Position numbers and translations under genes: made by a program
Notes under the pieces: model-generated
Database searches by the model: none
Told to the model about the DNA's origin: nothing
What the model saw: the letters and a program-made list of their open reading frames with translations, nothing else
Shown: positions 26,655 to 38,939 of the stretch, in pieces
How the letters are laid out: every line of letters begins with the position of its first letter
Numbering within the stretch: the first letter of the stretch is position 1
Source of the DNA: Cetorhinus maximus
Taxonomy: Eukaryota
Length of the DNA stretch: 64,000 nucleotides
NCBI RefSeq assembly: GCF_964194155.1
Contig: NC_135903.1
Span: 8,308,001-8,372,000 of the forward strand
Reading direction: 5' to 3'

Positions 26655-27130
26655 AAAGATGTAAATGCACTAGAGAGGGTGCAGAAGAGATTTACAAGGA
26701 TGCCCTTGGCTAGAGAATTTTACTTATGAGGGGAAACTGGATAGGCTAGGGAAGAGAGGAGGCTGAGGGGAGACCTAATTGAAGCGTGTAAAATTCTGAG
26801 GGGTCTAAAGGAAGGTTTAGTTGAAGGGTCCATAACCAGGGGACACAGTTTTAGGATAAGAGGTAGGAAGTTTTGAGGAGGTTCCAAGGGGATCTTTTTC
26901 ACCCAGAGGGTGGTGGGGATATGGAATTCACTACCTGAAAGGGTGGTAGAAGCATAAACCCTCAGAACATTTAAAAAGTACTTGGATATGCACTTGAAGT
27001 GCCGTAACCTACAGGCTATGGACCAAAAGCCGGATAGTTGGCTTAGACTGATTGATCCATGTAGGCTGGGCATGCACGCAATGGGCTGAATGGCCTCGTT
27101 CCATGCTGTAAACTTCTACGATTCTCTGTT
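26655..27130 (+). mobile_element. CR1 LINE 3' fragment (others at about 245-495, 4085-4560, 5660-5985, 7505-8055, 10480-10690, 24548-24930, 32270-32785, 37835-38385, 49030-49360, 50370-50810, 51980-52650)
   Basis: ALERVQKRFTRM and tttcacccagagggtggt...tggaattcact, typical of the CR1 ORF2 C-terminus and tail. Confidence 0.88.
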
Positions 27131-27621
27131 TCCTGGTGCTTTACAAATAAAAGTTCTTTGACCTTTACACAGCGCCTTTCACAACCTCGGGAAGTCCCAA
27201 TGTGCTTCAGAACCAATGAAGTCCTTTTTGGTGTAGTCACTGTTGCAACAGCCAATTTGTGCACAGCAAGCTCCCACAAGCCACAATGTGATAATTACCA
27301 GAAACTGTTTCAGGGGCTGCTTGCGGGACAAGTATGGGCTCAGACAGAGATAATTCCCCTGCTCTTTCTCAAAACAGTGCCATGGGGCGTTTTATGTCCA
27401 GCTGAAAGATGGCGCTTCTGACAATGCAGCGCTCCTTCAGTACTGCACTGGGAGTGTCAGCCTGGATTTTCTGCTCCAGTCTCTGGGGTGGGGCTTGATC
27501 CCACAACCTTCCGACCCCGCGGTGAGGAAACTGCTCACTGAGGCACAGCCGACGGCTCAGGAAACAACCAAGAGGAGAGAATAGAAAACTGAAGATAGTT
27601 TCGCTGGAGTAAAGGTCTTAC

Positions 27622-27800
27622 CTGTGAGGAGCTGATGGAGGCGGTAGCAGTCATGCTCCCAGGCATCGACGGTCGGCTGAGGTGCATCAAGTGGGTGGTA
27701 CGGTGATGGGGGAGGATGTTGGATGAGAGTGGCGTGCTGCATCCGGTTCCTAACATTCCACCACTCAGCGATAAGGGAATTTCCTTATTCGCATAGACAC
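27622..27800 (-). CDS. MLLT6: MLLT6/AF17 coding exon (179 nt, phase 1/0): GVYANKEIPLSLSGGMLGTGCSTPLSSNIL...ASISSSQ
   Basis: Inside ORF 27535..27822. Acceptor ctctctgccctggtag|GT, donor CAG|gtaaga. Resembles AF17 GIYTSNKDPISHSGGML..CSTPLSS. Confidence 0.92.
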
Positions 27801-30391
27801 CTACCAGGGCAGAGAGAAGCATCAGAAGCTGACATCTGCTGTAATGCTAGAACAGCCCTGGATTAAACCCAACAAGAGGTGAAACCACGTCTATCAACAC
27901 CCAAACCCAAAGCTACAGTCCCACTCAAAAACAGCTTTGTTAGATTAGGGTGCTCACATTATTAATTTCAAGTGGAATTGTGGTTTGAATTCTGAGGCTG
28001 GCTGGCTTGATTTGCTTTTGAGGAACGGGGAGACAGAAGGATTAATGTGCTGGAAGGAGGCTGTTGCTTCTGCTGCATTCTAGCCTACATTGCGATCTGG
28101 TTTTTGACTTGCCGAAAATGGAATTTCACTGAGAACCTTAATCACAAACTCCTCTGCTTGACAAAATGCGAAAAGCGGGTGAGATTCTCCTCAGACCTCA
28201 TTTACCAACAGAGCCCCGTTAGATACAGGAAAAAAAAAGGAATGGGGGCAACCAATTTGGGCCAATTTAAACAACTCATGCAGACGTAACAATGCAAAGC
28301 TGCTGAAAGAGCGAGGGAAGGGACAAGGATCCCGGTTTAAAACCCCCATGACTGGGAGCACAGGTTTTTTTTGGGGGGGGAGGTGATAGGGGTTGGGGGA
28401 GGGGGGCAGAGGATGACAAACCTGATGTCCTGGAGGATCAGGACACCCACCCACCCACCCCGCCACTCCGCTTTCCATTCACCACGACCCCACACTGCGG
28501 GCAGGACATGCTGAACCCCTGCTTGGGTCTTCGATCCCCTCTCCCATCAAGTGACACTTGGATTTCATGGCTGAAACCATTCACCTCATCTCAGTGGAAA
28601 TAGCTGCGGACTATAATTTTCAACTGCCCACGGAACATTTAAAGAATTTTTTTTGGCTGTGCGAGGCTTTGTATAGTGATGCATTTCACTTTTTTCTGGA
28701 ATAATATCCCATCCCAATTTGTCCCATTAGCTTCACACCTTTAGGTCTAAGAGTCCAATATTTGAGTCCCACAAATGCATCTATCACAGGCGAGCAGAAG
28801 GCACAAGAGGCCGCCCAAGCATGATGGTCCTCGGTGAACTTCATTGCCCACCTGCTGACAGACTCCTTACCTTCACTGAGTAACTCAGCACTTAATGTTG
28901 CTCAGTTTGGGGCTTTTTAAATTTATTCATGCATCGCTGGCAAAAATCAATATTTATTTATTTTCCATCTATAATTGCACGGAGTGGCTCACTAAGCTAC
29001 TTCAGAGGGCAGTAAAGCCTCATCCACATTGGCATGGGTCTTCAGTCACATATAATTCAGACCGGGTAAGGACGACAGACTTATCTTCCCTAAAGGACAT
29101 AAGTGAACCAGATGGGTTTTTACAACAATCAAGTAGTTTCATAGTCACCATTACTGACACCAGCTTTTGATTCCAGGTTTATTTAGTGAGCCGGATTTGA
29201 ATTCCACAGCTACCGCAGTGGGATCTGAACTCAGGTCTCTGGATCATTAGTCCAGACCCCTGGATTCCTGGTGCAGTCATATGGCCACAAGGGTACCATC
29301 CCCCTTTACAACCAAGGTGGAGCAAAATGTATTTTTCCCAGGAAAAAAAAAGTTATTTTTTTTTTTACACAAAACAAGCGCCCCAACCTCTCAATGAACG
29401 TTTTCCGTTGAGTAATTGATTTGCACAAGATTAGGAAAAATCCTGGGTTTTCTGAGTTAACTAACCAGAGCTGGGAATTCAGTAGAAAAAAGAAAGACTT
29501 GCATTAATATAGCACCTTCGCATGACCACTTTACACCCTATGAAATACTGTTTGAAGTTGTAGGAATGTAGGAAATGCGGCAGCCAATTTGCACACAGCA
29601 AACTCACAAACAACAATGCAATAACGAGCAGATCACGTGTTTTTCTGAAGTTGATTGAGGGATAAATATTGGCCAGGACACCTGGGAGTGCTTCCCAAAT
29701 AGTGTATTGGGATCAACAAGGCTTCAGTTTACCAACTCAGCTGAAAGACGGCACCGCTGACAAAGCAGCACTCTCTCGGTACTGCATTGGAGAGCCAGCC
29801 TTGGTTTTTGTGCTCAACCACTGGAGTGGGACTTGAACCCGGAACCTTGTGACTCGGGGGCAAGAGTGCTACCCACTGAACCTCCAGCTGTGGTTGGCCA
29901 AGGAGGGTGCGGGGAAAAGAACGAGGGGGTTTAATTTTAAGCTAACTTGCCAGGCAGGAATGGGCGGGATTGGCTTCAATGGCGAATCAATTGGGGTTGA
30001 AGGTAAACCCATCGTTGCACACAATCCAGACTGGGGTGGAGATGAGCGCTAGGCTAAAACTGGTCCCCGCCAACCATCCAGAGTTTCTGATCAGTGACCA
30101 TTGCTGGAAAGTACGAACCAGGAGAGTAACAGGGTTAATCTAGTCTCCAAGCTGATCGGGGGACAGGAATCATAAGATGTTGAGGTGGAGGGAAACTGAC
30201 CCCCAAAAGTCCAACAACAAAAGCTAATATCAGTGACGGGCTCCACGAGAGCTATTAGCATCAGAACGAAAAAGAACACACAAGTTTCAAAATAAACTCT
30301 CTGAAGCCTCAGAAACAGAAACGAAGCAGGTAAAACAAAATATGGAAACAAAATACACTTTCTCTTCAGGAAACAACTTGAGCAGAAGCAA

Positions 30392-30584
30392 GACTGAAGC
30401 AAAATGCTGCGGATGCTGGAAATCTGAAATACAAACAGAAAATGCTGGAAAAACTCAGCAGGCCTGACATCACTTCTCTTTAGCTCTGAAGAAGAGTCAC
30501 AGGGACTCAAAACATTAACTCTGTTTCTCTCTCCACAGATGCTGCCAGACCTGCTGAGTTTTTCCAGCATTTTCTGGGTTTTTT
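30392..30584. mobile_element. Hammerhead-bearing Penelope-like element with inverted tail and 14-bp TSD
   Basis: Minus-strand tail about 30397-30467, then a plus copy with core CTGAAGA-A-GAGTC(ACAGG)GACTC-AAAA. TSD TTGAGCAGAAGCAA at 30378-30391 and 30585-30598. Confidence 0.85.
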
Positions 30585-31204
30585 TTGAGCAGAAGCAAAT
30601 TGCGTTAAAAGAGAGCGCCCAAGAGAATGCAACAGTCTTGGAGAGCGAGCCGAATTGAAAAGGGGACACTGTATAGTCGGTAACCAAGGTGAGTCAAAGT
30701 TTTAAAAAAATGGTATAAACAATTCAAATAGGTGCAGGAGTATGTGAGAATTACATTTATAAGGTGCTTTTTTGAAGGGGGGCATATTCAAATGGAAGCA
30801 GGTCATGTGAAGTATGATGAGTTCAAACCTAATGGCCATGAATATAACTCGTTATTGACAAATCCGATAAAGAATTCAGGAGAAACGTCTTTAAAAGATG
30901 GTTCCACTTTTGGGAGGAGCCCAAAGCTAGAGGTGACCATTATAAAATGGTCATCACCAATAAATCCAATAGGGAATTCAGGAGAAATCTCTCTACTCAG
31001 AGTGGTGAGAATGTGGAACTCACTACCCAATCAAACTTTTAAGATTAAGCTAGATAACGAATGAGCAATAAAGGTCATGTATTTGCTGATAAGATTGTAT
31101 GAAGTAGGATGGGATGAGGCTCATGTGCAGCATATAAACATCAGTTGGGCTGAAAAGGTGGTTTCTGTGCTGTCCATTCTATCATTAGGACAGACATGAT
31201 TTTT

Positions 31205-31565
31205 TTTTATTCTTTCATCACTGGTAAGAGCAACATTTGTTGCCCATCCCTAATTGCACATGAAATGTGTGGCTTGCTCGGCAAGTGTCAACCCCATTGC
31301 TGTGGGTCTGGAGTCACACGTAGGCCAGACCAGGTAAGGATGGCAGATTTCCTTCCTTAAAGGACACAAGTGAGCCAGATGGGTTTTTACAACAATCGAT
31401 GGTAGTTATCATGGTCACCATTACTGAGACTAGCTCTATAGTTCCAGATTTATTAACTGAATTTAAATTCCACCAGCCATGGTGAGATTTGAACCCATGT
31501 ACTCAGAGCATTAGCCTGGGCCTTTGGATTACTAGCCCAGTGACATTACCGCTACACCACCATCA
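31205..31565 (-). mobile_element. Second tRNA-derived SINE family (other copies at about 2210-2478, 6650-7000, 9355-9745, 15145-15352, 17825-18180, 28920-29290, 49790-50130 on -, and 61505-61792 on +)
   Basis: Shared body ggagtcacatgtaggccagaccaggtaaggacggcagatttccttccctaaaggacattagtgaaccagatgg. Its tail matches the LINE end at 56000-56178. Confidence 0.88.
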
Positions 31566-31765
31566 CCCCAATTAGGTGTGTTTGGTGTGTGGTGAATAAA
31601 GAACAATTTTGCTCTTTTTGTTTCACCTCTCTCCTGCCCTTCTGCTGTCGTTCCTAGCTTCAGAAGATGGGCCCATTTAACTTGCCAATCTTCCCCAAGG
31701 TGCTCAACAAATTACTGCTCAGTATTTGGCTAACGAGTCAGTGCCCAGAGGTGTCAACGACTCAC

Positions 31766-31861
31766 CCTCAAAGCGTCTCTCCTTCCCTGCGAGAAAGTCC
31801 CTCGCTTCCACTCTGTGGCTCCCTCGCCACCCGGGACAGCCTGGTCGAGATTGGGAACTCG
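31766..31861 (-). CDS. Candidate alternative cassette exon of MLLT6 (96 nt, phase 1/1): ASSQSRPGCPGWRGSHRVEARDFLAGKERRFE
   Basis: Acceptor tctccctttccctaaatag|CG, donor GAGG|gtgagt. Frame-preserving and stop-free in the required phase. CpG-rich, with no repeat recognised. Confidence 0.45.
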
Positions 31862-33132
31862 CTATTTAGGGAAAGGGAGATTCTCGTATCAGAACGCTCC
31901 ACGGTACACCAAGATCGACAGATAACATTTCCTTAAAACCATTCAGGAACGAAGTCTGTTCCCCAAGACTCGGTAAATTCACCACCTCGTGTGAAACTCT
32001 TCATTTGGTGGCAGGGAGTGGAGGGGAAAAGGGCTTTGTTAAGATTCCACCCCTTTTTCCGCTTGAGCAAGTAGCACTATGTTTGAAAAGAGATGAGCTA
32101 AAGCAGGAAGTTGGTTTCTAAAGGCTGGATGACTGTAGGAGGAATGCAGGTTTAAGTAGTTATGGAGGTCTTGGGCTACACTGACCAGAAAGACCTGCCC
32201 GGTGCTGAGTCATTTAATCTTGAGACACAATGCAGGGCTACTATCAGCCTTAGTGTGCAAATTAGAATGATACAGCATAGTAGGCCATTCGGCCCATCAT
32301 GCCTCTGTCTGAAAGAGTTATCCGATTATTCTCACTCCCCTGCGCTTTCCCTATGGTCCTGCAATTTTCTCCTTTGCAAATATTTATCCAATTGCCTTTT
32401 GAAAGTCATTATTGAATTTGCTTCCATCTCCCTTTCGCCAGGCAGTGCATCCCAGATCATAACTTGCATTGCAAAAAACAAAATTCTATTTCCCCCATTG
32501 GTTTTTTTGCCAATTACCTTAAACCTGTGTCTTCTTGTTAACCACCTCCTGTCAGTTTCTTATCTGCCTTATCAGAACCCTTCATAATGGCAAAAGCCTC
32601 TGTTAAATTTCCCTTTAGCCTTCTCTGCTCCGAGGAGAACAATCCCAGCCTCTCTAGTCCTTCCACATAACTGAGGTCTCTCACCCCTGCTACCATTCTG
32701 GTAAGTTTCCTCTGCACATCTCCAACGCCTTCACATCCTTCCTAACGTGTGGTGCCCAGAAGTGGACATAGCACTCCAGCTAGGGAAGGGGAAAAAGACA
32801 ATTATTAGCTCAATCACACCCTGGCGAGCTCTGCTGGAAACTGCAGGTGCACAAATGCTCGGCATCAGGAAGTCCTTAAGAATGGCCATGTGCACATGGA
32901 GCCAGTGAGGAGCTGCACAGCAGCTGTGGCTGAAGAAAGGAACCAGGCCACAAAGAGGAAAAATGTTCTTTGGAAGACCCCCCATGACCTATAAAAGCTC
33001 ACGCTGTGAATTCTCCTTTACAACTTCATTTTCTCATCACATTCACTCCCCACCCAACCCTGGTTAGAAACGCTCACTCCCATCCCCACCCCTTCCTTTC
33101 CCCCAACCGGAGAGGAGATTGTTGGGGTGCAG

Positions 33133-33430
33133 TGGGGTTCCCAACTCTGGTTGGATGAATTCCTGGAAGTGCCATCACATGATCTCCTCGTTTACTCACC
33201 CACCATTGGTTGCCTGACATGCCCATCCTCGCGATGCTGCGTCTTGCCAAAGGCAATTGGATGACTTTTCACAAGCCAGCCTTTCTTTCCATCTCTTATA
33301 TTTTTATTACTAATAGCCAAACTATTCAAAATATATATTTATTTTTTAAATCTCCCCTGTGCGTGTGCTGCTGAAGATTAGTCTTTTAATTCCTGGAGAC
33401 TCCAGGGCAATCCTGGAGGGTTGGCAACCA
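33133..33430. mobile_element. Non-autonomous DNA transposon with GGGTT(G/C)CCAAC termini (hAT-like); related copy at about 1755-2035
   Basis: ggggttcccaactc ... gagggttggcaacc inverted termini, with internal cctggag motifs in both copies. Confidence 0.55.
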
Positions 33431-34495
33431 TCGAGATGGGGTAGAGCGAGGGAAACCTTCCCTTGTCCTGTGTCGAGTTCAGGAGATGAAGCAATTACAA
33501 ACTGCTGTGTGGTTCATGAAAGCTTTGTGAATAATGAGTGTCGGTGACCCAGGTCAGCTTGCACTGTGGGCCTGCTGCTCCTCTTCCTGATTCTACCCCC
33601 CACCCCACCCCCTCCCTGTTTAAATGACACCGCACACTTGCCATTTCCAAGTGCCCTCCAGAATGGAATTAGCATATTTACACAAGCTTGTCAACTTGGT
33701 CGCCCAGCAACCACCCAGCACTTGTGGTGATCTAAGGGTCCTATCGCTGCCTTTGGAGTGGCGGACTCTCTCTACCATCGTCCCCGCCCCAGCTACAGAG
33801 ATTGGCTCCTTTTGTTGAAATCTAAAGGGCTGGCGGAGAGCCAAGCACAATGACCCCCTCCCCACACTATACACAAGATAATTATCCTGCACAGAGAGAA
33901 CCCACATTGTTTATTTCTCCATCACAAATAAGAGAAACCATATAAAACCACTGCTCTGTAACACGCTCCCCTGCGCTGTAAAACTCACCTAGTACACATA
34001 CATGGGCTTTACAGCTCCCTCGCTAATGGAGAAACCATTTAAGCAGCTTTTCTATAAAACGCCCCATGCTGTCACACACTCTGATGGGATGTGGGCACAG
34101 TCACTTAATGGAGGAACCACACCGTTCCTATTACACACCTCACTGGAACGCTCTCTGCTAAACTGTGAGCTCCAATATCACACAAACTGTTTACAGCTCT
34201 CTCATTAATACAGAGGCAAGTGACCTGCCTATAAAGCAGCCCCCTAGTATACTTTTGATTACATAGGATGTCAATGCTGGTCTTTATGCTTCACAAGAGC
34301 CTCTTGCCTCCTTGCTTCATCTAATCCTTTTATTCCTTTCTCCTTCCTGTACTTACCTAATTTCCACTTAAATGTATCTATGCAATTCGTCTCAACTACT
34401 CTCCATGTGGCAGCAAGTTCCCCATTCACCACTCTCTGTGTAAAGAAGTTTCTGCTGAATTCCTCACTGGATTTATCAATAACTATCCTATGCAT

Positions 34496-34655
34496 GGGAT
34501 GGAGGGCAGAGCAGGAGCAGGGGCGGGGTGCTGGGCAGTGGCGGGGGTGCAGGGCAGAGCAGAAGGAGGGCAGAGCAGAGGGAGAGAGGGAGGGAGGGAG
34601 AGAGGGAGGGAGGGAGGGAGGGCAGAGCAGAAGGAGGGAGTGGAGGAAAGAAGAA
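34496..34655. repeat. Purine-rich low-complexity tract (GGGCAGAGCAG / GGGA units); similar tract at 17610-17765
   Basis: Directly visible. Confidence 0.85.
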
Positions 34656-37600
34656 CAAGCAAAACAATCATTGACCAAAGTGACAATCAGGGTTGCGGCT
34701 CACGAGTCAGTCATTCAGAAGGGAACTGTATTTGGGACAAAGTCCTCCAGAATTTAAAGCCAAATATGAGGCAGTTTTGTGCAGTGGGATTGTGCCAAAT
34801 AAGATCAGGATTCAGACTGTTCAAACCAGTAGAGAAAGGAGACCTTCCAGAGATAAACCTGAGCGGCACTGAAACCCCTGGTTCCAGAGATGAAAGGAAT
34901 TTGATTTTGACTGTCCAATCACATTTAATGTAGAAATTCAGACTCTAGCAGAATCCTTTGGTGCTGAAAGGAATTACTGATGGAGACCTTGCTGCACTCC
35001 AGAGTATGCCATGACTGTAAACAATTAAACACCGTGTCATTTTATGATCAACAGCTCCTGTCGATTTTAATTCATTAAATATTTTCCAAATATGCAAGTC
35101 TGGCCTGACAAGGACTTCAAATGTTGTATTCACAGGGATGAAGAGATCAATTAAACCCCCTCTACCTTCCTGCTGCAGTGACACAGTTTTATCTGCCAAT
35201 ATTTTCTGTTCAGCTTTAATTGCAAGACCCGAATACTAAGCTGCAATCTGTAAAATAACAGGTTTTACAAAACACATTCATTTGCTTCATCCTTTCCAGG
35301 TTTACTGGTGTACATTCGCTAGGGCACCATAAATATAAGGTCACTAATAAATCCAGTGGGGAATTTAGGAGAAATTTCTTCACTCAAAAGAGTGGTGAGA
35401 ATGTGGAGCTTGCCACCACGTAGAGTAGTTAAGGTGGACAGCATGGATATATTTAAGGGAGAGTTAGCAAGTGCATGAAGGACAGAGGAATAGAAGAATA
35501 TGTTAGTCTATGTGCTTCAAGCACCAATTAGGAACCACCAGCCCATTCTGACTCAGCATCTCACCCTCACCACACAGCACTTACTCAGAATTCGCAGAGC
35601 AATCCCCAATATTTGCCACAGCACAACACCAACTTGCATTTACATAGTGCCTTGGACATAGCGTTACAAGTCTCAGTACATGCCTTGGTTAAGAGGCAGG
35701 GAAGAAAGAAATCAGCCAAGATTCCTGCTCCTAACCATTATCACCCAACCCCTGCTGGGAATGGGTGTTATGTATCCTTAGGAAAATTGGCTAAAGGAGG
35801 GATGGGGCTAGACTGTAATGCCTCTGCAGCCGACTAGCTTGCTGAGGCTCACCACCCGGGCTTAAGCGTCAACGATGACCATTTGGATGGGGTCACAGAG
35901 CATTCAGCATCCATGGAGCCATGGCGGCAGCCAAAACAAGTCCTTCAGCAGAGGAACAAAGAGAGGAAGAAAAGGCAATATTTGGTCATTTTCAATAGAA
36001 GTCTCAGGCGGGAATCTAAGTGAAGTCTCCACCAAGCATCCCTACCATTCAAAGCAACTTCTTAAACATGGATTGGCATTTTGAAAGGGATGGAAGAATG
36101 TGAATGCCGATCAGACACGTCAGAATTGGGTGGAAATTCCAAGTCAACAAACAACACATCTCCGTAGCTCGTTGCACAGCAAGACTCCACTGAGGGTCTT
36201 TTCTCTATGCAACAGTAGAAAGATTTGCATACAATTTACAGCACAGATACTGGCTGTTCAGCAAGTCGCTTCTCTATATCTACCCCGTCATCCCCTTCAA
36301 TCATCCTAAACACCTCACACCCATTCCCAGATCATCTGCTGCAGCTTAATTCAGAAACACGCCAGTCAATACGGGCAACAGCCACACAGTCCCAAGAAAT
36401 ACCATGGAACCGGTCAACCGGAACCTGTGACAGGTGCAAGCTCCAAACAGTCAAAGCAGAGCAAACATTTGCACAAATGGGGAGCTTTAGTATACCATCT
36501 GTGGCAGTAACAAAGACCTGAAACAGCACACCTATCCTCCAGGAACAGGATCAAGAGAGAAACGCAATCAATCCCTCATTCTGCTTCATAACACCCATAC
36601 TCGAGGATCGAAACATTGGCGTGCAAGCAGAAATAGCTGCAGAACAGAAACAGTCTGAAAATTTTCTCAGGCATTCCTGATTTTCATCATCCCGACATTG
36701 GCAATCATGCCTTCAGCTGCCTAGGCCCTAAACCTCTCTGCCTCTTTACCTCGCAGTCCCTCAAGACATTTCCTAAAACCTACCTCTTGGGCTAAGTTTT
36801 TGGTCACATGTTCTAACATCTCCTTCTATGGGTCAGCGTCCGTTAAATGCCTTATTAAATTTTACTATATGGCGCTACACGAATGCAAGTTGTTCAGATA
36901 ACTTTATGAATGGGAGTATGTTTATTGGTCTGAATCTTGCAGTTTGACAAGATGGCAATATTAACTCATTTTAGTAACCAATAAAGAAAGTTCCGGAAAT
37001 GCACCACCTTTCCGTCAGTGCAAAGAACAGATTGGCAAATCAGTTGCAGACCATCCGCCAGGACACAATGGTCACTGGGGAGATTGTAGGAGTGGCTAAA
37101 AGCTTGGTCAAAGGGGTGGGTTTTAAAGAAGGAGAGAGAGATGGAGGAACGGAGAGTTTAGTGAGGCATTTCCAAACATGTTGCTTTGTGACAATATCCA
37201 TTTCTGATTCTAATCACTCTTGGGATAGTCTCCAGTTGGATCTCATCCATTATTTTTCAGTTACTGTAAAGTTGAAGACTCACCCTGTTGTTCTAGTTAT
37301 TGAAACTCTGATACAGATTGAGACAAGTTTCTCAATGAGCCAATTTCCTCCTGCTCTCTCCCCAGAGTCATGACCGATACTAGGTGTCACCAGCCCTCTC
37401 GTGTAGTGATACTGATTTGTCTGCAACACAACTCATATCTCTGGTCCAGGCTGATTCCTCATTAGAGAGCTGTTCTGTCTTAATAGTTTGTTTGTCAGCA
37501 CTTCTGTGAAAGGTCTTGGGATATTTTTTTGCTGCCTTAAAGGTGTTATCTAAACAAAACAAAGACTTGCATTCATATAGCGCTTTGCACGATCGCACTT

Positions 37601-38419
37601 TACAGCCACTGGATTACGTTTGAAGTGTATTCACTGTTTTAGGAAATGCAGGAGCCAATTTGTGCACAGCAAGTTCCTGAAAGCTCCCACAAACAGCAAT
37701 GCAATAATGACCAGATAAGTTGGGGGGTTTTTTTGCATAATGTTGACTGGGGGATAAATATTGGCCAGGGCACTGAAGATACCTCCCTTGCTCTTCTTCG
37801 AAATAGCGCCATGGGATCTTTTACATTGTTATTTTACAAAGTTCTAGTTCGACCACATCAGGCGTACTCCATTCAGATTTGGGTATTGCACCTTAGGAAG
37901 GGTATATTGAGGGTGCAGTGCATATTCACCAGAATGATACCAGGGCTAAAAAAGGATTGAATCAGGAAGACAGGTTCATAGACTGGGCTTATATTGTGTT
38001 GAGTTTTGAAGTTTAAGAGGTGATATAATAGAGCTGTTTAAGATGATTAAACTCATCAATTGTGTAGACAGAGCTAAATTATTTCTTCTAATGGGGGGGG
38101 GGAAGTTTAAGACAAGGGGCCCAACCTTGAAATTAGAGCTGGCTGTTCAGGGGTGATACAAAGGGTAGTGAAAATCTGGAACTCTCCCCCTGAAAAAAGT
38201 TATTAAGGCTGGGAGTTGATTGAGGGCTTTAAAAGCTGAGATGGACAAGAGTTTTGTAGGGCAAGGGTATGAAGCGATATGGAACCAGGATGGGTAAACA
38301 GAATCAAGATACAGATCAGTCATGATCGAACTGAATGGTGGAACAAGTTTGAGGACTGAATGGCCTCCTCCTATTCCGATGTTTCAGATTAAATTGCCGC
38401 TGCTTGTAGTTACTCCTAG

Positions 38420-38870
38420 TTGGAGATCTGCTGTCTCTGTCACATTCGTCTTACACCCATCCTCACTCATCCACCGTAGCTCGTCTGCATCCGCTCTGTG
38501 ACGTCTGTCATCCAGCTAGGCAAGAGAGGGCGACTCCTCTTTCTGCTGCCCTCCACTTTGCCCTCGAGGAGAGATCTCTAGCTTTGCAGCTCTGATCAAA
38601 TGGTCGAAATATTGACATTTTCTTTTCTGGATGTCACTTTTTAAGTAGCTAATTTTCTGCTCTTGCAATTTCAGGGCTCCTCTCTACATGTCTGGTGCTC
38701 TGTATATGGAATTTTTTAGCATCCATCTTAGCATCCACATTTCAAAGGCCTCTATTTTCTTCCACGGATCTTTATTTGTTGTCCAGGTTTCTGAGGCAGA
38801 CAGGAAAGTGGATAGAATGTAGAACCTTATCTGAACGAGTTAACTCAAATGTCCAGAAAAAAAAAAATCC
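38420..38870 (-). mobile_element. RTE-clade LINE 3' fragment
   Basis: Minus-strand translation ETWTTNKDPWKKIEAFEMWML...KRKCQYFDHLIR, then (frameshift) EGKVEGSRKRSRP...W. These are RTE ORF C-terminal motifs. Confidence 0.75.
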
Positions 38871-38925
38871 TTTTGTTTCAATTTATTATTGTTAAAATGG
38901 CAATGGCCTTTCACTGGATTGAACA

Positions 38926-38939
38926 GTTGCTACGGTAAC
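38926..38939. promoter_or_regulatory. RFX X-box-like palindrome GTTGCTACGGTAAC
   Basis: Matches the RFX consensus GTTGCCATGGCAAC at 11/14 and lies in non-repeat DNA. Confidence 0.4.

Noticed and set aside
28206-28302. Possible exon (ctctttcag| ... TTG|gtaaat)
   Set aside because: 97 or 94 nt, frameshifting, weak donor and an internal poly-U run. Insufficient support.
34271-34933. Overlapping G/R/E-rich ORFs
   Set aside because: Products of a low-complexity purine tract next to a CR1 tail.
38498-38506. CRE-like TGACGTCT
   Set aside because: Imperfect, and lies inside the RTE LINE fragment.
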